The notes under the pieces: model-generated | The model's database searches: none | What the model was told of the DNA's origin: nothing | Seen by the model: only the letters and a program-made list of their open reading frames with translations | Part shown: piece by piece, positions 45,061-54,276 of the stretch | How the letters are laid out: every line of letters begins with the position of its first letter | How positions within the stretch are numbered: the stretch's first letter is position 1 | IMG/VR virus record: IMGVR_UViG_2974592485_000001 | Location: 32,001 to 96,000 of that record | Direction: 5' to 3' (one strand) | DNA from: a virus | Taxonomy: Duplodnaviria > Caudoviricetes | Length of the DNA stretch: 64,000 nucleotides | Program-made: the position numbers and the translations under genes

Positions 45061-46873
45061 TACACTAAAGTTTAGCAACGTTATGTCTTATGGAGACGAC
45101 GTTCAAATAACATTTAATAATCATGCTGTAACTCAGTTAGTAGGTAGTAATGGGGTAGGTAAGTCCACCATCGCCACTGTTCTGGAAGAAGTCTTATACA
45201 ATAAGAATTCTAGAGGTATTAAAAAAGAAGATCTATTCTCATGGAATAGCGATAAGAGAGAGTACTCTATATCTTTATGGTTCACTAAGGATAATGATGA
45301 GTATCTAATAAAGAAGGTAGTGAAATCTAGCGCTAAAGTAACTTTATTAAAAAACGGGGTAGATATTAGTGGGCATACTGCTACACAAACATATAAACTA
45401 ATAGAGGAAATTCTAGAAACTGATTTTCAGACTATGACTAAGTTAGTCTACCAATCCGTGGGATCTAGCATGGATTTCTTAAAGACTACGGATGCAGCTA
45501 GAAAGAACTTTCTAGTAGGTTTACTGGATTTGCACAGGTATTCTCATATCTCGGATAAGCTTAAAGAAGAAAGAAAAACACTAGGAGCTAGGCTCTCCTT
45601 CTTAGAAGGCAAAGAAGAAGCACTAAACAAAGCTATTAAATTAGCTGCTGAAGTTCCTGACCCAATCCCTCTTATAGCAGAACCAGAAGATCGTACTAGT
45701 GAGTTTATTAGTGAGCTGTCCAATCTCAACTCTCAGCTAAGAGACATAGACAGAGTATCTCAGATTCATGCTAAAGCTAATAGCCTCAGAAGTCGAGCAG
45801 AAAAAGAAGAGAAAGCCATACTTGGGTTGGTGGCCCTAGAGTTTGATGAGAGTACTCTTATAAAAGTATCACAAGAGTACCATACGGCTAATGCTTTAGC
45901 TGAAAATACTAAAGCAGAGTATAAAAAGTTAAAATCAGAAGTAGATGGTAAGGTATGTCCTACATGCGGTAATGTAATGGATGTTGCTGAAGCCGAAGAG
46001 GCTATGGCAGTATTAAAAGCTTTGTTTATAAAACAGGCAGCCACTAGAGACTCTTTAAAGGCAGAAAAAGATACGTTAACTTCTGCTCAGCTAGAGTTTA
46101 AAGCTGATGTTGCTAAAAGAGCTTCGGTTAAAAAGGTAATTTCTGAATACGAGACGTATATAGAGAGTAATAAAGAAGCTATCGCAGCTAGTACAGATAG
46201 TGGGTTTATTTCTACTCAGAAGAAGATTACAGAAATATCTCTTCTTAGTCATAAAGAAGAACTGGAAAAAGTAAGAAACTTCAATAATAGGGCTAGCGTT
46301 TCCAATGCTAGACGGGAAGTTATACTGGAGCAAAAGGTTTCTGCGGAAAAAGAGTATTCTGAAGTTATGGATGAGCTAGTAGAAGTAGAGCAGTCTATAG
46401 CAGAACTGGATGTTGCTATACTAACTATGAAAGACTTAGTTTCTTACAAAGTAGAGTATAGTATTAAATCCTTTGAAGCCCTTATTAACCATTACTTATC
46501 TATTATGACTAGGGGGGAATTTGCTCTAGGATTTGAACTGGAAGATACTAAGCTTAAGGTAGTAGTGTTCAAAGACGGTAATAAAACTAATATGGAAAAC
46601 TGCTCCACAGGCCAACAATCTAGAATAAGTATAGCTACCTTATTAGCTATAAGGAAAACTTTGGCAAAACTTAATAAAGTAGACGTTAACTTGCTGTTCT
46701 TAGATGAGGTAGTTAGTTTTATAGACCCAACAGGACTAGAGACTTTAGTAGAGCTATTAGCCGAAGAACATGAGCTAAACTCTGTAATAGTATCACATGG
46801 AAGAACACATCCTTTAGCTCACAAGGTATCTGTGGAGCAAGACCAATATGGTAAATCATTTATAGAAGAATGA
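45041..46873 (+). CDS. D13: D13 SbcC/Rad50-like ATPase
   Basis: GSNGVGKS, CPTC hook, STGQ, LFLDE. Confidence 0.92.
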   Translation: MSKVVFNTLKFSNVMSYGDDVQITFNNHAVTQLVGSNGVGKSTIATVLEEVLYNKNSRGIKKEDLFSWNSDKREYSISLWFTKDNDEYLIKKVVKSSAKVTLLKNGVDISGHTATQTYKLIEEILETDFQTMTKLVYQSVGSSMDFLKTTDAARKNFLVGLLDLHRYSHISDKLKEERKTLGARLSFLEGKEEALNKAIKLAAEVPDPIPLIAEPEDRTSEFISELSNLNSQLRDIDRVSQIHAKANSLRSRAEKEEKAILGLVALEFDESTLIKVSQEYHTANALAENTKAEYKKLKSEVDGKVCPTCGNVMDVAEAEEAMAVLKALFIKQAATRDSLKAEKDTLTSAQLEFKADVAKRASVKKVISEYETYIESNKEAIAASTDSGFISTQKKITEISLLSHKEELEKVRNFNNRASVSNARREVILEQKVSAEKEYSEVMDELVEVEQSIAELDVAILTMKDLVSYKVEYSIKSFEALINHYLSIMTRGEFALGFELEDTKLKVVVFKDGNKTNMENCSTGQQSRISIATLLAIRKTLAKLNKVDVNLLFLDEVVSFIDPTGLETLVELLAEEHELNSVIVSHGRTHPLAHKVSVEQDQYGKSFIEE

Positions 46874-47352
46874 CAGACAGCAGAGAAAAAGGAAAGAGAG
46901 GGGAGTACCAAGTACGGGACTCCCTCAGATCACTGACAGGGTTAGAGTGGGAGAGAGTACCCGGTTCCGGAGCATTTGGGCAAAATCATGGGTTGAAAGG
47001 GGACATATACCTACCTGCCACTAGCCCTAGGATTAGCAAATACTGTTTTGAAGTTAAATGGTATGCTGGAGATAATATTTCTAGCAATCTTTTAAATTCT
47101 ACGGAATCTCAATTAGAAAAGTGGTGGGGACAGACGGTGCGAGAAGCGGGTCAAATGGGTACGCTACCCATTCTTGTATTTAAGAAAGATAGAGGAGAGT
47201 GGCTTGTAGCACTCGATAGTACTGACCCATTAGCAGACATTTTATTTTCAACAAACCATTTTCTCCTATCTAAGAATGGTGTTGAGATGGTTATAGGTAA
47301 CTTTAACAATTGGTTAAAGATTGCTGCAAAAGATATCACTAAAGAGAGGTAA
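46870..47352 (+). CDS. D14: D14 PD-(D/E)xK nuclease / Holliday junction resolvase
   Basis: KGKRGE, RVPGSG, GD...FEVK. Confidence 0.85.
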   Translation: MTDSREKGKRGEYQVRDSLRSLTGLEWERVPGSGAFGQNHGLKGDIYLPATSPRISKYCFEVKWYAGDNISSNLLNSTESQLEKWWGQTVREAGQMGTLPILVFKKDRGEWLVALDSTDPLADILFSTNHFLLSKNGVEMVIGNFNNWLKIAAKDITKER

Positions 47353-47353
47353 G

Positions 47354-48238
47354 ATGAAGAGTTGGAAAACTATGGCTCAAGAAGCCGAAGCAGAAATTAA
47401 ATCTAGGCGCAATTTAGTAATAGTGGACGGTACAAACCTAGCATTTCGGTTTAATGGTAACAAAGGGGAATCCTTTTCTACCAGCTATATAAAAACTATT
47501 AACTCTTTTGGAAAATCCTATAACGCAAGACATATTATTGTTCTAGGAGATAAAGGCAAGTCTATATTCAGAACAGAAATAGATCCTGGCTATAAGGCAA
47601 ATAGAGACGCTAAGTATGAAAATCAGACAGAAGCAGAACGTGCGGAGGCAAAAGCGTTTTTCGAATGTGTGGATGAGGCCTTTGAACTATGTGCAACAAC
47701 TCTACCAACTTTACGGATACGTGGAGTAGAGGCAGACGACTTGGCAGCGTATATTAAGGCACAAATAGGTCATCTATACGACCATATTTGGTTAATTTCC
47801 ACAGATGGAGACTGGGATATACTGTTGGACGAAAATACCTCTAGATTTTCTTTCCAGACTAGAAAAGAGTACCGCATAGAGAATATGTTTGATTACCATG
47901 GTGTTGACACGGTTGATCAGTTTGTATCTCTAAAAGCTATCATGGGAGATACAGGAGATAACGTAATAGGTGTTGAAGGCATAGGTGTCAAGAGGGGGTA
48001 TAATCTAATTAAAGAATACGGCAGTGCCCTTGATATCGTAGACCAATTACCTCTACCAGGGAAGCAGAAGTTTATCCAAAGTTTAAATGCCTCAGGAGAC
48101 CTGATCACTAGAAATCTAATGTTAGTAGATCTCAAAAGTTTTTGTGGGGAAGCTTTAGCAGCTGCGGGAGATACTGCTATTAACGCTGTGTCTGAATTAC
48201 TAGCAGGATTAGAGAAAGAAATCTTAAATGGGGAGTAA
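47354..48238 (+). CDS. D15: D15 flap endonuclease (T5 5' exonuclease)
   Basis: IVDGTNLAFR, YKANR, EADD, STDGDW, GDTGDNV. Confidence 0.95.
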   Translation: MKSWKTMAQEAEAEIKSRRNLVIVDGTNLAFRFNGNKGESFSTSYIKTINSFGKSYNARHIIVLGDKGKSIFRTEIDPGYKANRDAKYENQTEAERAEAKAFFECVDEAFELCATTLPTLRIRGVEADDLAAYIKAQIGHLYDHIWLISTDGDWDILLDENTSRFSFQTRKEYRIENMFDYHGVDTVDQFVSLKAIMGDTGDNVIGVEGIGVKRGYNLIKEYGSALDIVDQLPLPGKQKFIQSLNASGDLITRNLMLVDLKSFCGEALAAAGDTAINAVSELLAGLEKEILNGE

Positions 48239-48239
48239 A

Positions 48240-48719
48240 ATGGATAAGTTAACACTAAACACACCTACATATGGGCTTAAGGCTACTTTAGATAACCTAG
48301 GGTGTATGCCTAAGATTGGTAGTAAAGATGCGGCAGCGCTAGATCTTAGGGTTTATTTAGGCAATAAAAGTACGGATGTTATGAGTGTGCTCCCAGCAGG
48401 GGCTACTAAACGCTATAGAACTGGAGTTAAGATTCAGATCCCTACGGGATGGTGTGGTTTAATATTACCCCGAAGTTCTACGGGAAAGCTACACTGTATC
48501 TTAGCTAATACTGTAGGATTAATAGACTCAGACTATCGAGGAGAGTTAGCACTAGAGATTACCAACTTAGGCACTGAGGACGTCATTTTGGAAAACTTTC
48601 AAAGGGTATGTCAAATGGTAGTTGTTCCACATCTAAATCCTAATACCCTAGTAATTGTAGATACTTTAGATGATACTGACAGGGGGGAATCTGGATGGGG
48701 TTCTTCAGGAAAGGTTTAA
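48240..48719 (+). CDS. dut: dUTPase
   Basis: AALDL, PRSS, GLIDSDYRG, RGESGWGSSG. Confidence 0.95.
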   Translation: MDKLTLNTPTYGLKATLDNLGCMPKIGSKDAAALDLRVYLGNKSTDVMSVLPAGATKRYRTGVKIQIPTGWCGLILPRSSTGKLHCILANTVGLIDSDYRGELALEITNLGTEDVILENFQRVCQMVVVPHLNPNTLVIVDTLDDTDRGESGWGSSGKV

Positions 48720-48865
48720 ACTTAAAATTCAGGTTTAAAGAGGGATTTGGTATACAACTATATAGTCTTGATGAGATTACTGTGCTAAAGCAGCTGTATA
48801 TTCAGGGCATAGGTGTCAAGAAAGCGCTAGTACAAGCAGTACACAAAAGAAAAGCCAACCTGTGA
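48695..48865 (+). CDS. small hypothetical protein (56 aa, MGFFRKG...)
   Basis: Hand-translated ORF filling the gap to the terminator. Confidence 0.45.
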   Translation: MGFFRKGLNLKFRFKEGFGIQLYSLDEITVLKQLYIQGIGVKKALVQAVHKRKANL

Positions 48866-48879
48866 GGGTTGGCTTTTTT
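48850..48879. terminator. bidirectional terminator between convergent units
   Basis: AAAAGCCAACC-TGTGAG-GGTTGGCTTTTTT. Confidence 0.85.
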
Positions 48880-48884
48880 ACTTA

Positions 48885-50729
48885 TTAAGTATTACTGTAC
48901 ACGTTGCTATGTAGAGTTTTACTTGTAGGAAGTGTATACACAAACTCTTCTCTAGCTGGCATCTGTACTCTCAAGCTAACAAATGAATCACTAGGAATAT
49001 CTATAGGATCACCTTCTGAGACTCCAGGTATTTCATTTCTGGCGAATTCCATAGCACTAGGATGGGTTCTATGATACGTCTTTAAAATAATAGAACCATC
49101 TTCTTCTATGTCGTAGTCTAACCAAAGTTTTTCCAGACCATTACGACATTTAGGCCCAACTATACCTCCCTCTATACCCCCCCATGCTAGATCAGAATTT
49201 AATCCTAGGCAGCCAGAAATTCTGTATACCCCAGTACTTAGTCTCTCTGTTTCCAGTCCCTCAGACTCTTCATTTACTTCGGAACTCCCGTTGGAAAACA
49301 CTTTTACGATCGGTGAGGCTGCTTTTAGGAACCCGTTAGCGTCCACAGTAACGTTACCTGTATGGTAGATGTCTACGCCCGCCCCCCAAACTCCGGCCCT
49401 CATCTTAACAAATCTGAAGTTATGTTGGTTGTTAGTCATATTATCATCTACTAGAACAAACCCCCACTGGTCTGAGTCACTCCCCCCATTTTCCCTATTT
49501 GAGTTACCTCCACGATGTCTGACGTTTATGAACGTGCGCCATCTACTATCGGAATTGTCCAGCGCTGAGCCCATAGCTTGTTCACCGCGCCAGCTGTCGA
49601 GTATTGCGGTAATATTATCGTATCCCGGAGCAGCCCTCGCATTTCTAACAAAACCTTTTGATGCAGGAAAGATTATGGATTGAGCGTCTAAGGATATTGT
49701 GCTGTTAGCTTTTTGGTTACGAAGAACTAGCGTATTGTCACCTTGAGTTGGGCAACCTAAAATCCATCGAGTTGAGCCGTCGTTGTCCTGCCCCTCAATC
49801 CAGCTAGCTCCCCCTAGCGTAGCAGACTGAAGCATGAAACTAGCGTAGTCACGAATAAATACTTTAAGTGAGTTTATAGCCTGTACTGTATCTGTTGTCA
49901 TTGGGCTAAGGTTTTTACTATTCCACCCCGTAGACCAGGCGTTTTCCCAGGTACCTTGGTTACAACTAATTTGAGCAACCCTACCTTGTGCATTAGGGAA
50001 CTCCGCAGCTATAAGAACTCCAAAAAAATTAGTGAAGTCAATAACGTTCCAGTAAAGGATGCAGTTAGTGAAACCGGCGGGCCTATTTATAGCTGTTGGG
50101 TTAGTCCAGTATAGACCACTAGCTCTTGTAGCTGTAAAATAGTCAAACAAGTTAGTTCCATCAGGGATCCTAACCGCTTTTCCACCCCACCCAAACTGAC
50201 CGTTAGTTGTTTTGGTAGACAGCTGAGTATTAACGTAAGAAGTATCTGCCTTATTTGCTAGAAGAGCTGTAACACCTAAGTTATCTCTAGAAGCAGGTTT
50301 GTTAGGTAGATCTGCTAAGTTTTGGTCTTTACGCAGTGCTAGCCCTAACTCCGCAGCAGCGTCTTGGGCAGATTGTTCCGCAGCAGTTGCAGAGTTAGCA
50401 GCGGATGTTGCACTATTAGCAGCATTCGTAGCATGACCTTGAGACTGAGTTGCGCTAGTTGCAGAGTTATTTGCACTAGTCAGAGAGTCCTGAGCAAATC
50501 CCTGTGACTGTGTAGCCGAGTTAGCAGACTGAGTAGCACTATTAGCAGCGTCTTGGGCAGATTGTTCCGCAGCAGTTGCGGCAGTTTGTGCATCCTCTAC
50601 AGCTTCATAAAGCTCTGAAACGGTAATTCCAGCTAGACTAGTTGCCAGCTGGATTGTGTATTTAGGGTATTTGCTAACAGATAATTCATCTGTAGGAAAT
50701 ATCTGTTGTACTATGATTTTAGTTGCCAT
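48885..50729 (-). CDS. side (L-shaped) tail fibre
   Basis: T5 pb1-like N-terminus, S/A-rich coiled repeats, NLADL motif, C-terminal GFLKAASPIV...DPIDIP domain of enterobacterial fibres. Confidence 0.85.
   Translation of the reverse strand: MATKIIVQQIFPTDELSVSKYPKYTIQLATSLAGITVSELYEAVEDAQTAATAAEQSAQDAANSATQSANSATQSQGFAQDSLTSANNSATSATQSQGHATNAANSATSAANSATAAEQSAQDAAAELGLALRKDQNLADLPNKPASRDNLGVTALLANKADTSYVNTQLSTKTTNGQFGWGGKAVRIPDGTNLFDYFTATRASGLYWTNPTAINRPAGFTNCILYWNVIDFTNFFGVLIAAEFPNAQGRVAQISCNQGTWENAWSTGWNSKNLSPMTTDTVQAINSLKVFIRDYASFMLQSATLGGASWIEGQDNDGSTRWILGCPTQGDNTLVLRNQKANSTISLDAQSIIFPASKGFVRNARAAPGYDNITAILDSWRGEQAMGSALDNSDSRWRTFINVRHRGGNSNRENGGSDSDQWGFVLVDDNMTNNQHNFRFVKMRAGVWGAGVDIYHTGNVTVDANGFLKAASPIVKVFSNGSSEVNEESEGLETERLSTGVYRISGCLGLNSDLAWGGIEGGIVGPKCRNGLEKLWLDYDIEEDGSIILKTYHRTHPSAMEFARNEIPGVSEGDPIDIPSDSFVSLRVQMPAREEFVYTLPTSKTLHSNVYSNT
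50355..50579. repeat. 36-bp exact direct repeat in the fibre gene
   Basis: 50355-50390 = 50544-50579, 189 nt apart (in frame). Confidence 0.9.
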
Positions 50730-51102
50730 CTGTTACTCCTAAGCTAACAAAGATTCTACCCTGGATAATTCTAGTAGTCATTGAAGTCCTGCTAACTAAA
50801 ATATCATAGTAACCTACGAATCTTTTTCTTGTATCGAATTTATCCACAGGAGTTGTACTAGCGTTAGATACTAGAACGGCTACCTCCGCTTTAGTTAAGG
50901 ATATGGTAGCCAGCCCTGCTTCCGCATCTCGTATAGTTGAGGTGAAGTTAACTATAGGATTTGCGCCTAGACTGGTAGCTATGCTACCTGAGATGGCCAA
51001 TCCTGTTAGATCTGTAGGACCATCATCTTCGGAGAATTGAAGTAATAGAGAGTAATCTATGTTCTCATCTATTACTAAGTCTAAATTTTTGTTTTCTGTC
51101 AT
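50719..51102 (-). CDS. tail fibre adaptor/collar protein (T5 p132/BppU-like)
   Basis: DLTG...G.ATISLT...YYDI...RIIQG pattern; position before the fibre. Confidence 0.7.
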   Translation of the reverse strand: MTENKNLDLVIDENIDYSLLLQFSEDDGPTDLTGLAISGSIATSLGANPIVNFTSTIRDAEAGLATISLTKAEVAVLVSNASTTPVDKFDTRKRFVGYYDILVSRTSMTTRIIQGRIFVSLGVTDGN

Positions 51103-51104
51103 TG

Positions 51105-51773
51105 TTAGGTTCCTAATACCTGTTGGTAATATTGGTCATAGAAAGTAGTATCTATGCACAAGGGGGCTGCTTGAGTATCTGTCCTACTAAAAGCAGAGTT
51201 AGTATAAGTAATTCTAACTTCTACAGACATTACCCTATGTTTTAGTATAGACCCAGTGTAGATACCATTAAAACCAAAAGCGGATATAGCCGTCCAATAG
51301 CCTGAACCCCCAGTTGGGTCCACTGTTTCAAGACCAGAATATCCAGGAGTTATGGCTATAGGAATAGTACTTACTAAATCTTCTGTCAAGTCTACTAGTC
51401 TACATTTTAAAGGTAAAGTATTTGCATGCCATACTATCTCTCCATTGTTGTATACAAATATTCCCCAATCGGGAGTGTTTACTAAGTGGTTGGCAAATAC
51501 ATATACTAAAATAGGGGTATTAATACCGGGAGGTACTAGTACTTGAAGTCGTACAAACTCTTGGTCTTTTAGTATGTCCACTACGCATACAGCAGGTACT
51601 GTAGGAGAGTACACCACAGGCCTGTAAAATACTAGAACCTCTTTAGAAGATGGGACTTTAGTAGTGATTATAGTTGTACCTACAGGACATTGTTGATAAT
51701 GAACTAAGTTAGCGGGTATTTGATTAGGAGAAATAGCTAACTTGTCATTTTTCATTAATTCAACACCAAACAT
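51105..51773 (-). CDS. tail tip-associated protein (candidate receptor-binding)
   Basis: FGV/WGI.V repeat pattern of small proteins that follow J-like tips. Confidence 0.55.
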   Translation of the reverse strand: MFGVELMKNDKLAISPNQIPANLVHYQQCPVGTTIITTKVPSSKEVLVFYRPVVYSPTVPAVCVVDILKDQEFVRLQVLVPPGINTPILVYVFANHLVNTPDWGIFVYNNGEIVWHANTLPLKCRLVDLTEDLVSTIPIAITPGYSGLETVDPTGGSGYWTAISAFGFNGIYTGSILKHRVMSVEVRITYTNSAFSRTDTQAAPLCIDTTFYDQYYQQVLGT

Positions 51774-52057
51774 TATATACCCTCCATAGTTACTAGTATT
51801 CTAGAGTTAACAGGGGTATTCCAAGTAATAGTGTTGCCAGTTACTACCAATGGGGTAGTAATAGAAGTATATACTTCTCCGAGTACTAAGTAACTACAGG
51901 ATGCTACTAGCTTAAACCCCTGAGGAATACTGTATGTTCTCGTACCCGAGGTGTTGCCTAATGGGTATATTATATCTATAACATAACTAAAGTCTATAGA
52001 GTTAAATGCGTCAAAAGAGGTGCCCTTTAAAAACGTTTGTATACCGAAATCACTCAT
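51773..52057 (-). CDS. small tail tip-associated protein
   Basis: FGIQTF...SGTRTY...VTGNTITW; coupled to the straight fibre. Confidence 0.55.
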   Translation of the reverse strand: MSDFGIQTFLKGTSFDAFNSIDFSYVIDIIYPLGNTSGTRTYSIPQGFKLVASCSYLVLGEVYTSITTPLVVTGNTITWNTPVNSRILVTMEGI

Positions 52058-54276
52058 AAACGTCTTCCTATAACTACAGCAACTTGATTATTATCGTCGT
52101 ATACTATAATTCTGTCATTTTTAATGTTCATTCTCCCTGCCCCAGCGGTACCCCCGTTCATTTCTATAACCCCTGTTGCAAAGTTTAATGACGTGCCCGT
52201 AGTATTAGGTACATAGTTATCCGAATTTATAGTTTCTGCAATTTTAGCTCTAGTAATTGCAGCATCTTTAATCTTGGCAGACTCTATAGTCGCATTAGCT
52301 ATCTTGGCATTAGTAATAGTGGCATCAGCAATTTTAGCACCAGTTATAGTAGCATCTAAGATCTTAGCATTAGGAATGGTACCGTTAACTATCATATCCC
52401 CGTGAACTACTAAATCCGGAGTACCCCATGCTGTTCCATTCCAGTATCTAGTATATGCTATGCTAGGGGTTTCAGGTCTGTACTGAGTCAAAACATCTCC
52501 CAAGACTGGGCCACTACCAAAGTTGCTATTAAAGAAAGCATTAGCAGTGGCAACATTAAACCCTACTGTACCTGGAACTGGTTGAGTATATATACCTGCT
52601 CCTCTTCCGCCTTCTTCTGAGGAACCCTCTGAACCGGACCACTGAACTGGTGTAGACCAAGAGGTACCCGACACTAGAGTATTAGTAATTGGGTCTAACG
52701 TGCCTGTAGAAACGTATATGTTTTGTGTGGCTACGTCTCTGGCAGGAGGAGTTGTTGCCCATCCAGGAGGTGGGTATCCAGAGTTAGTAGGTGTTGCGGG
52801 AGTTGTAGATGCAGCAATATATATAAATACTGTCTGCTTACCTTGTATACCCTCACCTAAAGGTATATCCCCGTTAGGAGTTCCTAAAACTACCTGCCCG
52901 GATATTCTAAGGGTATCCCCATCATATCTAATGTACTGGGTAGAGTTACCTAAGTCAAATTTTGGTTTTAAGGTAGTGTTATCTATACCCATCCAAATAC
53001 CGGAATTAGCATCTCCCCAAGATTTACCTTGACTGTATATTGCGGGATTGTCTTCACCCGTTAAGTTAGTCAATATAAAACTAGCAGAGTATATACTTTT
53101 AGTTATAACTGATCCATCAACGTTAACTATCTTGCTAACAGGATCGAAGGATATTGGTGCCCTGCCTTGGCCATCTAAAGCACCTAAACTTACACTACCT
53201 GTGGCAGCATCTATTAAGAAGGATTGTTTTCTAACCCCACTGTCTAGAAACGTACCTTTAATATGCGCGTAGTTGACCTCTATTCCTGTTTCATTAGTAA
53301 AGCTAGAGTCTAGTGGAGTATCTGGAGTAAGTATAAACTCTACTGGATCAGACTCTGTAACTGCTTGGGTATCTGGACCCCACGCTATAGAGGATACTTT
53401 AAACCTATACGTTCTGCTTAAAGGAAAGGATGTTATAGTTGCCGCTCTGGCTGCACCCACATTTATAACTTGAGCCTTAGACCACCCTGTAGCTGCGTAT
53501 TCTGAAGACTCTATATAGTGGAGAGAGAATTCTCTAACATTAGCACCTGTCTCCTTCTCCCAATCCCACTCTACTCTAAGGTCATAACGTTCCTTACCAT
53601 CTTGAATCCTAGCTACTCTAAACCGCATGTTTTTAGGGGCTGTAGGGGGTACAAAGTTATACTTAACATCTAGTACGCCCGGAAATTCATAAGGTATTGA
53701 ACTTTCTGTAGTAGTGCCATCAGGTAAGGTTATAAAACCAGATATGCGCACGTTATACTGACCAATAGGTACTCCACTAAAGGAAATACTAGGACTTATA
53801 GGACCAGTGTAGTATCTTACCCATTGTGTGCTACCTACTAACTTGAACTCTATAACGCAGTAGTCAGCATCCCCAGAAGTACCTATAGTAACCCTAGGCG
53901 GTCCTACACCTACGTCTACAGATTCTGCAATAGAATTTGCAGATGTTATAGTAGGGTATACTTTAGTGGTAAATGTAGTAGGATCTGATAAGTTAATACC
54001 TATCTGCGCCCCTAGTAGCTCTGAATCAACCATAGCATCGAAAAACGCACCCCTTATAGTATAGGCTGCGTTAGGGACAAAACTAGATAATGTTACAAAG
54101 TTTATACTAGTGTCAGTAATGTCTCTACGTTCAGATACCCCTCCTGGACCAGAAGTCCAGAAGGATCTACCTACAACGTCATAGTCTCTGTAGATACTAT
54201 GTAATATATAGACTTTAGTATACGATGCAACCAAAGACTGTATAATTAATTTTTCTGTTGCATTGTTAACTATCAT
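52054..54276 (-). CDS. central straight tail fibre (pb4-like) with J-like C-terminus
   Basis: FN3-like N-half as in T5 pb4; (I/T)TxAKIxxA repeats; ending ...IIVYDDNNQVAVVIGRRL. Confidence 0.8.
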   Translation of the reverse strand: MIVNNATEKLIIQSLVASYTKVYILHSIYRDYDVVGRSFWTSGPGGVSERRDITDTSINFVTLSSFVPNAAYTIRGAFFDAMVDSELLGAQIGINLSDPTTFTTKVYPTITSANSIAESVDVGVGPPRVTIGTSGDADYCVIEFKLVGSTQWVRYYTGPISPSISFSGVPIGQYNVRISGFITLPDGTTTESSIPYEFPGVLDVKYNFVPPTAPKNMRFRVARIQDGKERYDLRVEWDWEKETGANVREFSLHYIESSEYAATGWSKAQVINVGAARAATITSFPLSRTYRFKVSSIAWGPDTQAVTESDPVEFILTPDTPLDSSFTNETGIEVNYAHIKGTFLDSGVRKQSFLIDAATGSVSLGALDGQGRAPISFDPVSKIVNVDGSVITKSIYSASFILTNLTGEDNPAIYSQGKSWGDANSGIWMGIDNTTLKPKFDLGNSTQYIRYDGDTLRISGQVVLGTPNGDIPLGEGIQGKQTVFIYIAASTTPATPTNSGYPPPGWATTPPARDVATQNIYVSTGTLDPITNTLVSGTSWSTPVQWSGSEGSSEEGGRGAGIYTQPVPGTVGFNVATANAFFNSNFGSGPVLGDVLTQYRPETPSIAYTRYWNGTAWGTPDLVVHGDMIVNGTIPNAKILDATITGAKIADATITNAKIANATIESAKIKDAAITRAKIAETINSDNYVPNTTGTSLNFATGVIEMNGGTAGAGRMNIKNDRIIVYDDNNQVAVVIGRRL

